Positions 1 to 7,737 are shown, numbered from the stretch's first letter. The stretch is 20,000 nt of DNA from an uncultured virus (IMG/VR IMGVR_UViG_3300038312_000396) (IMGVR_UViG_3300038312_000396), one strand, 5' to 3'. Notes: generated by a model from the letters alone, not told the origin. A program made the numbers and translations.

Positions 1-201
1 TACTAACCACATATCCTCTATTAAATGCTTAGATTCTACAATGTTAGTTTCCCCTGCGGTAGTAATACTCTCTACTTCTATTAAGTTATATGAAGAAGTA
101 GACGCATTATATCTTTGTTTGTAGTAATCAAATATCATCAATGACATTTTTGAGTAAGAACAATTCAACAAAACAAATTGATTGTCTTCTTGTATACTCA
201 T
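1..201 (-). CDS. Hypothetical protein, 5' part (runs off the window edge)
   Basis: Not in the ORF track. ATG at 201-199 follows RBS AGAGGG about 10 nt after the MTase stop. The frame is open to base 1: MSIQEDNQFVLLNCSYSKMSLMIFDYYKQRY...SKHLIEDMWLV. Confidence 0.7.
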   Translation of the reverse strand, partial: MSIQEDNQFVLLNCSYSKMSLMIFDYYKQRYNASTSSYNLIEVESITTAGETNIVESKHLIEDMWLV

Positions 202-211
202 TATACCCTCT

Positions 212-2056
212 CTAATTAGCATGACTATACACTCCTAAGTTAATAACATCATTTGCAAGTTTCTTTTTAAACTCTATCAATCTCTCAAAATACCCACGCT
301 CTATTTCTTCGAGTTTTAACTCTTTTAGCATATATCGGATTTGAACCCAGCCTGCATCCCAACAGTTCATATGGTAGTTTTCAGGCATCTTTGTCCGATA
401 CTTTAGAGTGTCTATGTTCGCTTTACAACAGTAATCGTACAACTCCTGAGCTTCGGGGGATACTCCCTTTAGTATAGCGTTTTTCACATACTTATCATAA
501 AATACATTCTTATGTCCATACTTCCCATAATCAGTAGTTAACAAGTCTAAACCCTGATCTTCTGCGGCTTTTAAAATCCTATTCGTGTCCATATAAAACA
601 TGGTATTTCTTACATTTTCCACATTCCCAGTGTCTACCCTTGCTGAAAACTGATAACTCTTTAAATCAAACAAACTAAATATCAAAAAATCACGTAACAA
701 TTCTTCTTCAACTTCTCTTTCAGGCTCTATTGGGGTAGACATATTTAATCCAAAGTCACCCCTGTCGGTAATTGACCTATGCGCCGCAAACATGGTGATT
801 GCTCTTTCCAAATTCTCCTTTGTTATATCTATGTATCCCTCAAAAGTTATTGGTCTGGTAGAAATAATTGCTTTTCCATTCTTTGCAAGAGTGTCTACAA
901 AAGATGTGTACGCAAAACTATTTACACTTGCTTTAAGAATTTTAACTGGTTTGCTGTTAAAGAATTTATAAGCTGGCATTTGCACATAATAGTCAGCTTC
1001 TTTCGACTTCGCCCACTCACTAATCCGTCTTTCTTTTGTCTTGAATAAACCCAACTCCATTTTCGACACTTCTCTAACATTGCCTTTACTGTCAAGTCCA
1101 ATACGTTTTATGCAACCATCGCCTATCTTGTTTACCTCAAGTTGTTTATGAGTGTAGGCAACAAATACTATACCCCAAAACTCACTGGATGTGGTGTCCG
1201 CAAACTCATTACTGTTGAAAACGATACCCTCTTGAAAATCCATATACTTCTGGATGTATGACAGCAATCCCGTGTTGTCTTTTAAATAAGTTGCCGGGGA
1301 GTATACCCCCATAACTGAATTCGTTAAATTATGAACCCTTATAAAGTCTACCACTTTAAATATAAATTGGGTGTACAGATCTCCTGTTGCCTTTCCTAAT
1401 CCTAATTCTTTCATCCATAGACTTGTTGTTGTTTCTGGTGCAAAGCTCTTAAACGGTGGATTGAAGAAAAACAGTATCTTTTCATTATTTTTTACTGCCT
1501 TTTGTAACTTATCCGGTAAAGTGTCTAAAAACCCTGTGTTAACACTATCATAATCAATAGAACACAAAAAGTCACAATTAAACATTGTGACTTCGTCAGA
1601 ATAAAACTCAGTGTTTCTAATTAAGTCGATGTCAGATTTATTTAATGTGCTAAGATAAACCTTACTTGGATTAAGGTCTTTAGCACTTCTTAACAAATTC
1701 CCTGTTCCGCACGAAACGTCCCAAACATGGCAATCTTTTAAATCTATATACTGTCCCACAATCTCTCTACCATATTGAGCTAATGTTTCAGGGGTAAAAT
1801 ACTCCCCCCCTGCTTTTCTAACTTCTGACGGAACATATCTGTCTTTATTCTGTAATAAATCTAACTGCTCCTTTTCGGAAATGTCAAAAGTATCATTTAT
1901 TAACTTAAAATATAGTTTCTCAATAGACGATAATTCCCTAAAGTCTGGTCTTATAATACCTGTAACGAATCTTGAAATTACTTCCTGCACGTTATCAGTT
2001 TTTACCGCATTTATCGACTTGTTGAAATAATCAAAATATTCCTGTCCAATCAACAT
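212..2056 (-). CDS. SAM-dependent DNA amino-methyltransferase (m6A, gamma-type motif order) with C-terminal putative target-recognition region; no nuclease domain recognised
   Basis: Motif X GEYFTP, motif I VWDVSCGTGNL, motif IV FFNPPF and DLYTQF follow the order seen in type IIG/IIL-like MTases. RBS GGGGTGG upstream. Confidence 0.85.
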   Translation of the reverse strand: MLIGQEYFDYFNKSINAVKTDNVQEVISRFVTGIIRPDFRELSSIEKLYFKLINDTFDISEKEQLDLLQNKDRYVPSEVRKAGGEYFTPETLAQYGREIVGQYIDLKDCHVWDVSCGTGNLLRSAKDLNPSKVYLSTLNKSDIDLIRNTEFYSDEVTMFNCDFLCSIDYDSVNTGFLDTLPDKLQKAVKNNEKILFFFNPPFKSFAPETTTSLWMKELGLGKATGDLYTQFIFKVVDFIRVHNLTNSVMGVYSPATYLKDNTGLLSYIQKYMDFQEGIVFNSNEFADTTSSEFWGIVFVAYTHKQLEVNKIGDGCIKRIGLDSKGNVREVSKMELGLFKTKERRISEWAKSKEADYYVQMPAYKFFNSKPVKILKASVNSFAYTSFVDTLAKNGKAIISTRPITFEGYIDITKENLERAITMFAAHRSITDRGDFGLNMSTPIEPEREVEEELLRDFLIFSLFDLKSYQFSARVDTGNVENVRNTMFYMDTNRILKAAEDQGLDLLTTDYGKYGHKNVFYDKYVKNAILKGVSPEAQELYDYCCKANIDTLKYRTKMPENYHMNCWDAGWVQIRYMLKELKLEEIERGYFERLIEFKKKLANDVINLGVYSHAN

Positions 2057-2085
2057 TATATTTCCACCCCAATAACAAATATTTT

Positions 2086-2964
2086 CTATTTATTATTAAG
2101 ATAGTTTAGAAACTCACTGCTAGTCATTATTGGTATTCCTAACTTTTGTGCTTTAACGACTTTACTTGTAAGGTCGCCTATTCCTTCCCACAAGAGTATG
2201 TCAACGTTTAACGATAAAGTTTTTATTAAGTTAATATACACCTTACCCCTGTATAAACCGTTTAATGTCTTTATAAACGCCTCTTTGGATGGATAATTCA
2301 AAATACCCCTTGATATTACTATACTAATCTCTTTTGTTACGCTCACAACATTGAGGTAATTTTCCACATGCTCTAAAACTTCACGCTCTTGTAAAAGTCC
2401 CTCAAATACCTTTATGGCAGAAATGTTATAATCTTCTTTTTCAATAAGCCCTAATTGCTGTTCAATAAAAGAAATTCCATAGGTATCTAACGTTTCAAAA
2501 AGTTCAGTGAAAGAGTCTAAACCTTTCATAATTTTCATTGCATTATCCCTAATAGCAGGGATGTTTGCCGCCCTCAAATATTCCCATAATTGAAGCTCTT
2601 TAGCCTGCACTTGATTGTAGAAATCTATCGACTTTTCCATAGATATGTCATCTGCTAAAACCCCATCTTCGTCCGGATTATATACAAGTAACTGCAAAGG
2701 GGATTGAAGTTCAAAATGGTTTACAATCTTTAACGCATTTACGTCACCAATACCTATTATTATCAAATCTTTACACATTTGTACTAACCTTTTTGCCACC
2801 TTGTATGCACAAAATTCATTACTACAAACAATACTTGTTTTTTCTTCAGTTAACGTAAGTTCGCTGCCACAATCGCAGTATTTATTACAGTTAAGTAAGT
2901 TAACCATTCGCTTATCCAAGTATTTTTCATACTTAATAACGTAATCACTGAAAGTGTAAACCAT
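2086..2964 (-). CDS. C-terminal half of a split NAD-dependent DNA ligase (Cys4 Zn finger, helix-hairpin-helix, BRCT)
   Basis: CDCGSEL...VCSNEFC matches the LigA CPxCGS..CxN..C finger. IIGIGDVNALKI and NIPAIRDNAMKI are HhH-like. The C-terminus SKVVKAQKLGIPIMTSSEFLNYL is the classic LigA BRCT ending. It has its own RBS (AAGGGGGAG) and ATG. Confidence 0.85.
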   Translation of the reverse strand: MVYTFSDYVIKYEKYLDKRMVNLLNCNKYCDCGSELTLTEEKTSIVCSNEFCAYKVAKRLVQMCKDLIIIGIGDVNALKIVNHFELQSPLQLLVYNPDEDGVLADDISMEKSIDFYNQVQAKELQLWEYLRAANIPAIRDNAMKIMKGLDSFTELFETLDTYGISFIEQQLGLIEKEDYNISAIKVFEGLLQEREVLEHVENYLNVVSVTKEISIVISRGILNYPSKEAFIKTLNGLYRGKVYINLIKTLSLNVDILLWEGIGDLTSKVVKAQKLGIPIMTSSEFLNYLNNK

Positions 2965-2979
2965 TTTAACTCCCCCTTA

Positions 2980-4257
2980 TCAAGCTTTTTCAAGTTGTTG
3001 CTTTATGTAACCAGGAAATTTTCTTGCTACAAAGTGTGGATTTTCCAGTTTTTTAAATTCTTCTTTCGGCATGTGTAACTTCTTCATTGCGTCTATAATA
3101 GTATTCCCAAGTGTAAGCACTTTCTTAAACTTCACTATCTCATCCCTATCTTCTATTTTGCCTAGAAATAAATCCCCCGAAGCATACAAATGTACTAATT
3201 GATGGCAATTTAAACACAGTGTGATTCCGTTTTCCATCGAGTCCTCGCCACCCAAACTAACAGGTACAACGTGGTGGAAGTCAAGCACATACATATGCTT
3301 TTCACCGCTTATATCAAGGCAACACTGACAAGAGTATCCATCTTTTATCATTCTTGCTTTTCTAAGTGCAGGATCAACTGGTTTTCTGTCTCGTGATACT
3401 TGTTTCTTATTTTGACGGATTTCCGAAGTCCTGTCCATTTCTTCTATTTCTGAAAGATCAAGAGTCTCCATATTACAGTTAGCTAGATTTAATAATGCAG
3501 CTATTTCATCATCCTCTAATCTCTCACGTTTCATAGGTTCAGCAGAATTTTCTACAACCTTAACAGCTTCATCAAATCCGCCTGTTTCACCTACACTGAA
3601 CATTAACTCTTCTTTCTGATCTAGTAATTCCTGCCTAGTGACCTTTTTTCTGATCATGTCTAGTTTTTTATAAGCTTGGTTTATGGTGATAGTGCCCTCT
3701 AAAAGCTGATCCCGAATGTCAATCATGTCTGATTCTGATGCCCTCATTACCTCAACCAGTTTTGTGTATTCCCCTGGTCTTAGATTAAGTAAATACTCTA
3801 TTAACTCAGGTGAAAAATTAACCATTTTTGATTCAAGAAACAGGGATGTATCCCACACTTCACCTATTGTGTAAGGTTCATATTGGTTAAGTATCAGTTC
3901 TAAATATGGAATAGCTTTCTTTGCTTTGGCTGAGTCATCAAAATTGTAAACCAATGATTGTAGTTCTGTAAACCCATTCTTTAATGCTGCATGTACACGC
4001 CTTATGCCGTTAATTAATATATATTTCTTTTTATTTTCTGTGCGCATAAGAATAGGTGGTACTAATACCCCTAGTTGGGCTACAGATGCTTTTAAACCTT
4101 TTAACCCCTGTTTCCTTGCTCTGTTTGGCGGTACAATAATATCCTCTACATTTACTTTTTCAAGTGAGATAAAAGGTTTAACAACCTCAAAATCTGTAAA
4201 GGCATTCTCAAATAAATCAACTCGTTCTTTTACACTTTCTTTCAGTATCTCATTCAT
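2980..4257 (-). CDS. ParB/Sulfiredoxin N-terminal domain fused to a C-terminal HNH endonuclease
   Basis: N-terminus LKASVAQLGVLVPPIL...LINGIRRVHAA (ParB GxRR motif). Central helical region with ITINQAYKKL. C-terminus CQCC...DFHHVVPVSLGGEDSMENGITLCLNCHQLVH is a Zn-binding McrA-type HNH. RBS AGGGAG. Confidence 0.85.
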   Translation of the reverse strand: MNEILKESVKERVDLFENAFTDFEVVKPFISLEKVNVEDIIVPPNRARKQGLKGLKASVAQLGVLVPPILMRTENKKKYILINGIRRVHAALKNGFTELQSLVYNFDDSAKAKKAIPYLELILNQYEPYTIGEVWDTSLFLESKMVNFSPELIEYLLNLRPGEYTKLVEVMRASESDMIDIRDQLLEGTITINQAYKKLDMIRKKVTRQELLDQKEELMFSVGETGGFDEAVKVVENSAEPMKRERLEDDEIAALLNLANCNMETLDLSEIEEMDRTSEIRQNKKQVSRDRKPVDPALRKARMIKDGYSCQCCLDISGEKHMYVLDFHHVVPVSLGGEDSMENGITLCLNCHQLVHLYASGDLFLGKIEDRDEIVKFKKVLTLGNTIIDAMKKLHMPKEEFKKLENPHFVARKFPGYIKQQLEKA

Positions 4258-4309
4258 GTAAGCACAACTCCCTACTATTCACATTTTACCAGCCTAAACA
4301 CATTAGCGG

Positions 4310-4327
4310 TATTTATTATAATAAATA
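4310..4327. promoter_or_regulatory. Perfect 18-bp palindrome containing a TATAAT -10-like hexamer, upstream of ParB-HNH
   Basis: TATTTATTATAATAAATA is its own reverse complement and lies about 55 nt upstream of the ParB-HNH start. It is A/T only and no clear -35 was found. Confidence 0.35.
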
Positions 4328-4376
4328 ATTGTACTTATCTTTTTTAATACTGTTACACACCCTAAAAACACTACGC

Positions 4377-4871
4377 CTAACTGTTACTTAATTTTATTAT
4401 TTCAAGTATCTTAACACATTTTGTATCTATTACTGCGAATTCAGAACAAGCATATCCCCAATACTCCATGCCATGTACTGCCTGTATATTATTGTTTACT
4501 AGCCATTTATACGCCTTTGATGAAATTGTTCCAAGAATAAGATCAGGTTCACGCAATTGAGGTAAATTTTCTAAACTTAGTTTAAAATTTTTTGTTACAA
4601 AAGAACAACTGTGTGCTAATGTGCCGGATTGATCAAAGAACATTGAATCGTATTCTCCCAAGTTTAATATTACACCACTAAATGTACACCTGTAGCAGTA
4701 CTTTGCATGACAACCGTACTTCACCATTCCTTTGTCCCACATCGGTGTAAAATACACCCCATACCCTGATGCTTGTGAATATTCACGTTTAGGTTTCACA
4801 TGTCTAAATTCAGCTATGTCTTTACTGTTAGTGAAATGATATATCTCTTTGTTTTCAACAGTATGTATCAC
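4377..4871 (-). CDS. Putative ADP-ribosyltransferase-like protein (H-Y-E clade)
   Basis: IYHFT...GYGVYFT...YCYRC...SEFAVID..CVKIL follows the YHGT / G.G.YFT / E.VVFD..IKI pattern of phage ART-like domains. The GTG start sits 1 nt after the ligase-N stop, with RBS GGGGGAG (translational coupling). Confidence 0.55.
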   Translation of the reverse strand: MIHTVENKEIYHFTNSKDIAEFRHVKPKREYSQASGYGVYFTPMWDKGMVKYGCHAKYCYRCTFSGVILNLGEYDSMFFDQSGTLAHSCSFVTKNFKLSLENLPQLREPDLILGTISSKAYKWLVNNNIQAVHGMEYWGYACSEFAVIDTKCVKILEIIKLSNS

Positions 4872-4872
4872 C

Positions 4873-6153
4873 TTACTCCCCCAATTCCATTAATTTATAT
4901 AATGTTCCGATAACATTGCCATCTGCGTCACAAGGTATTATCCCCGCTTCACCACCATATTTAAAGTGTATTGTTTCACCCTCATACGCTTCAAGTAATT
5001 CAAGTGCTGCAAGATTATACAGAGGTACATTCCTGACAGTATTTCCGTTTTCCACAACAACAGGTCTAACAACTGCTTTTGGTGTAATCTTCGACTTTCC
5101 TTGACAAAACTCTATTTTTTCAATTATTGAAGAATACACTTCCTGTTGCCATTTACCCATTTTTAAAGCAACATTGCCTCGATTAATAGTTGTGTCACTT
5201 CCAAGTGAGTTAAATATGCCTACATCATTTATTGAAGTCACAATACCATCTGTATCATATTGATACGTCTCTTTATGCTCTCCTAAAACATCTAGTATTT
5301 CTTCTATGTCATCCTCAAAAGAACCAAACGGCGCTATTGTAGCCGTGGCGTATAAAGGTACTTCAAAACCTAAAGATTCTAAATACTCAAATTTTTCTTC
5401 TAAAGTATTGAATTGATGCACATTGTCCCCATATATGTCATATGCAACAAAATTTAATAGCTTCATTTCATCTTCTGTTGCGTAAGGTCTAATTAAAGAA
5501 GATACTGCTGAAAATACCGACTTTATATCAGGGTTAAATTTACGGGCTTTACTTAAAGCATGCTTGTTTAGTACAATTTCCCCCCTTAATTCTACCAATC
5601 CTAAACTACTTAATTTTGTTAAATTTTTATCGGAAAGTATAACACTTAAATGGTTAGTCGTATCTCTGCCCCTTTTATACCTGCCTTTTGTACTTGCAGA
5701 AACAACTTTACCGTCATGTATTGCCGCTCTACCAGCATGCCCATTTAACTTGAAAGAACTAACACACTCAATTTCCCTGATACCCTTTTGTTTTACTAAA
5801 TCCTGCAACTCTTTTCTAAACCTATCTAAGTCTCTCATTTCTTTTATCGTTTCAATAGACTTCATAGGTATTTTAGTTAAGTACTTATCTTTATCCTTAT
5901 CAATTTCACCATAATCCATAGCGTAAACTTCATTTAATACGTCTGCATCAGGCTTTAATTTTTTTAAAATCCCTCTCAGCCTATCATATAACGTGTTTGA
6001 TACTTCTTCCTCGCCTTTTTCATATGAAATATTATAGTCTCTTACTTTATCAGTCAGTGTTTCTACAATCTCGTCTACAGTCCCCTCTAGTTGATCTTGC
6101 GAAATTCCTAAATTTGATAGTAATATCCTATCTTGTACATTGAATTCTATCAT
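4873..6153 (-). CDS. ligA: N-terminal half of a split NAD-dependent DNA ligase (domain Ia, adenylation domain, OB fold)
   Basis: Ia YNISYE...VSNTLYDRL, then PMKSI, motif I FKLNG, motif III ELRGEI, motif IV DTDGIV and motif V VALK. OB region GKSKITPKAVVRPVVVENGNTVRNVPLYN...GEAGIIP. It stops before the Zn finger. Confidence 0.9.
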   Translation of the reverse strand: MIEFNVQDRILLSNLGISQDQLEGTVDEIVETLTDKVRDYNISYEKGEEEVSNTLYDRLRGILKKLKPDADVLNEVYAMDYGEIDKDKDKYLTKIPMKSIETIKEMRDLDRFRKELQDLVKQKGIREIECVSSFKLNGHAGRAAIHDGKVVSASTKGRYKRGRDTTNHLSVILSDKNLTKLSSLGLVELRGEIVLNKHALSKARKFNPDIKSVFSAVSSLIRPYATEDEMKLLNFVAYDIYGDNVHQFNTLEEKFEYLESLGFEVPLYATATIAPFGSFEDDIEEILDVLGEHKETYQYDTDGIVTSINDVGIFNSLGSDTTINRGNVALKMGKWQQEVYSSIIEKIEFCQGKSKITPKAVVRPVVVENGNTVRNVPLYNLAALELLEAYEGETIHFKYGGEAGIIPCDADGNVIGTLYKLMELGE

Positions 6154-7039
6154 GTGTAGTCCTCCAATCTTTGAAGTTCTTAAGACCTGAAATTGAACGC
6201 TCTACTTGTTTTGGTAATGCAAGACAATATAAATTTTCTTCATTTTTTACCCTATCTGTGATTCCGTACCGCACTAAGTCCAACCCTAGTTTTTTAAAAT
6301 TACCAATGTTTATTAAGCATAGCATTGTTTTTTCATGTCCTTTATAAAACCCCTTTACCGTTGATTCTATAGTCCTGTTATACTTGACCTCTAAATGCTC
6401 AAAACCATCATCTAAAGTTTCTAACATTTGATCTTTTAAACTTTCATTCAAAAAATAAAAACTAATAAGACCTAAACGAAAGTTCTTTATGTAATTATTT
6501 TTTTCTGCTGTAGATATTACGTTAACACCACTGTTTATTTCATAGGCGTGGGTATACGCTATTCCCAATGAGTCATATACATCATCCGGTACACCCATCT
6601 CTAAAAACTCTGTTATATTATAAATGTGACCTAACGCTTCTTGTACTGCTTCTTTATGCCTACCTGTGATGCGAATAGCTTCATTTACTATCGCTAATAA
6701 CTTAGATTTCCATTCTGTGTTAGGTATTTTATAAATATCGAACACCACATCGGGATACAGCATTTTTATGTCTTCTGCACACTCATTCAGTATTATTAAC
6801 AACCTACTAGTGTCAAAATTTACCGAACCAAAAACATCTTCTATTACAACATCAGTAACGTCATACTTGTCAATTAACTTAGCTAAATACTTTATAAGTC
6901 TTTTTCTTACAGATGTTACGTCTCTTTCATCCTTATTGATTAAAAAACCAGTGTATAACGGATTATAGTCCAAATCCAATATTGAACACCCTGTACTGCT
7001 TTTCGATATATCTGCTCCCAGTATGATTCTTTTATTCAT
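6128..7039 (-). CDS. ruvC: RuvC-like Holliday junction resolvase (RNase H fold) with ~130-aa C-terminal extension
   Basis: ILGADISKSSTG, VVIEDVF, IPNTEWK and DDVYDSLGIA supply the D-E-D-D catalytic pattern. It overlaps the ligase start by 26 nt. Confidence 0.75.
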   Translation of the reverse strand: MNKRIILGADISKSSTGCSILDLDYNPLYTGFLINKDERDVTSVRKRLIKYLAKLIDKYDVTDVVIEDVFGSVNFDTSRLLIILNECAEDIKMLYPDVVFDIYKIPNTEWKSKLLAIVNEAIRITGRHKEAVQEALGHIYNITEFLEMGVPDDVYDSLGIAYTHAYEINSGVNVISTAEKNNYIKNFRLGLISFYFLNESLKDQMLETLDDGFEHLEVKYNRTIESTVKGFYKGHEKTMLCLINIGNFKKLGLDLVRYGITDRVKNEENLYCLALPKQVERSISGLKNFKDWRTTHDRIQCTR

Positions 7040-7052
7040 TGTCTAATACCCC

Positions 7053-7685
7053 TTATTCTTTTAAATATCTTTTGAATATTTCATTTAATTCTGAATTCTT
7101 TAAGTCAATTTCTTTACCATGTATTATTATCATATCAAAAAGACAATGCACTTTTAAGTTAGCCTGCGATACCCTTTCGTTTAAATTATATAATCTTTTG
7201 TTTGTGATTACATTTGTCTTGTCCTGCCTTACCTTTTCCATTAATTTGCTACGTCTTTCTTTATAGTCCTTTATCTTGCTTTTAATGTCTTCCTCAATAA
7301 TTTCTAAAGTATCAGATTCATCTACTATAAACTTAGGAATTTCCACCTTATACATGTTAGCCAAATCTAACAAGGCATCCACATAACTTACTTTGCTCTT
7401 TAATTGTATACTCATAAAGGCTCTGTGTATACCTATAACATTACCGCCCACCGAACAACCAAAACAATTAGCAAAATTTCTTTTCTTCTCGTATGAAAAG
7501 GATGGATCAGTGTCATCATGAAAAGGACAAATTATCGCACTTACGGATATATCCTTGTTTGCATCGCCCTTATACTTCTTAGGATATGCAGGTATTATAA
7601 CCTTGTTTATATGCTCAGGTAACGAAACCTTTTCAACTATCTCGTTTTCAGCTTTTTTATATAATGTCTTGTTAAAAATATACAC
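7053..7685 (-). CDS. Stand-alone DnaG-type CHC2 zinc-binding-domain protein (no TOPRIM/catalytic primase core)
   Basis: ICPFHDDTDPSF...NCFGCSVGGNVI...VSYVDALLDLANMYKVEI is a DnaG ZBD signature. The start is probably a GTG at 7685-7691 after AAAGGTGG, because the ORF-track ATG at 7754 lies inside a terminator hairpin. Confidence 0.8.
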   Translation of the reverse strand: MYIFNKTLYKKAENEIVEKVSLPEHINKVIIPAYPKKYKGDANKDISVSAIICPFHDDTDPSFSYEKKRNFANCFGCSVGGNVIGIHRAFMSIQLKSKVSYVDALLDLANMYKVEIPKFIVDESDTLEIIEEDIKSKIKDYKERRSKLMEKVRQDKTNVITNKRLYNLNERVSQANLKVHCLFDMIIIHGKEIDLKNSELNEIFKRYLKE

Positions 7686-7737
7686 CACCACCTTTATCTC
7701 TAACCAACATTGTTTAATTAAATTTAGTTGTGCGAAC

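Noticed and set aside
2965..4872. Group I/II intron or intein explanation for the ligase split
   Set aside because: The gap is almost entirely filled by two ORFs, leaving no room for a ribozyme core. Both halves have independent RBS/start/stop and lack intein terminal motifs. RT-PCR would be the formal test.
6128..7039. RuvC ORF as a TnpB/Cas12-like nuclease
   Set aside because: The RuvC motifs are contiguous at the N-terminus as in resolvases, with no Zn finger or WED/REC region and no adjacent ncRNA space.
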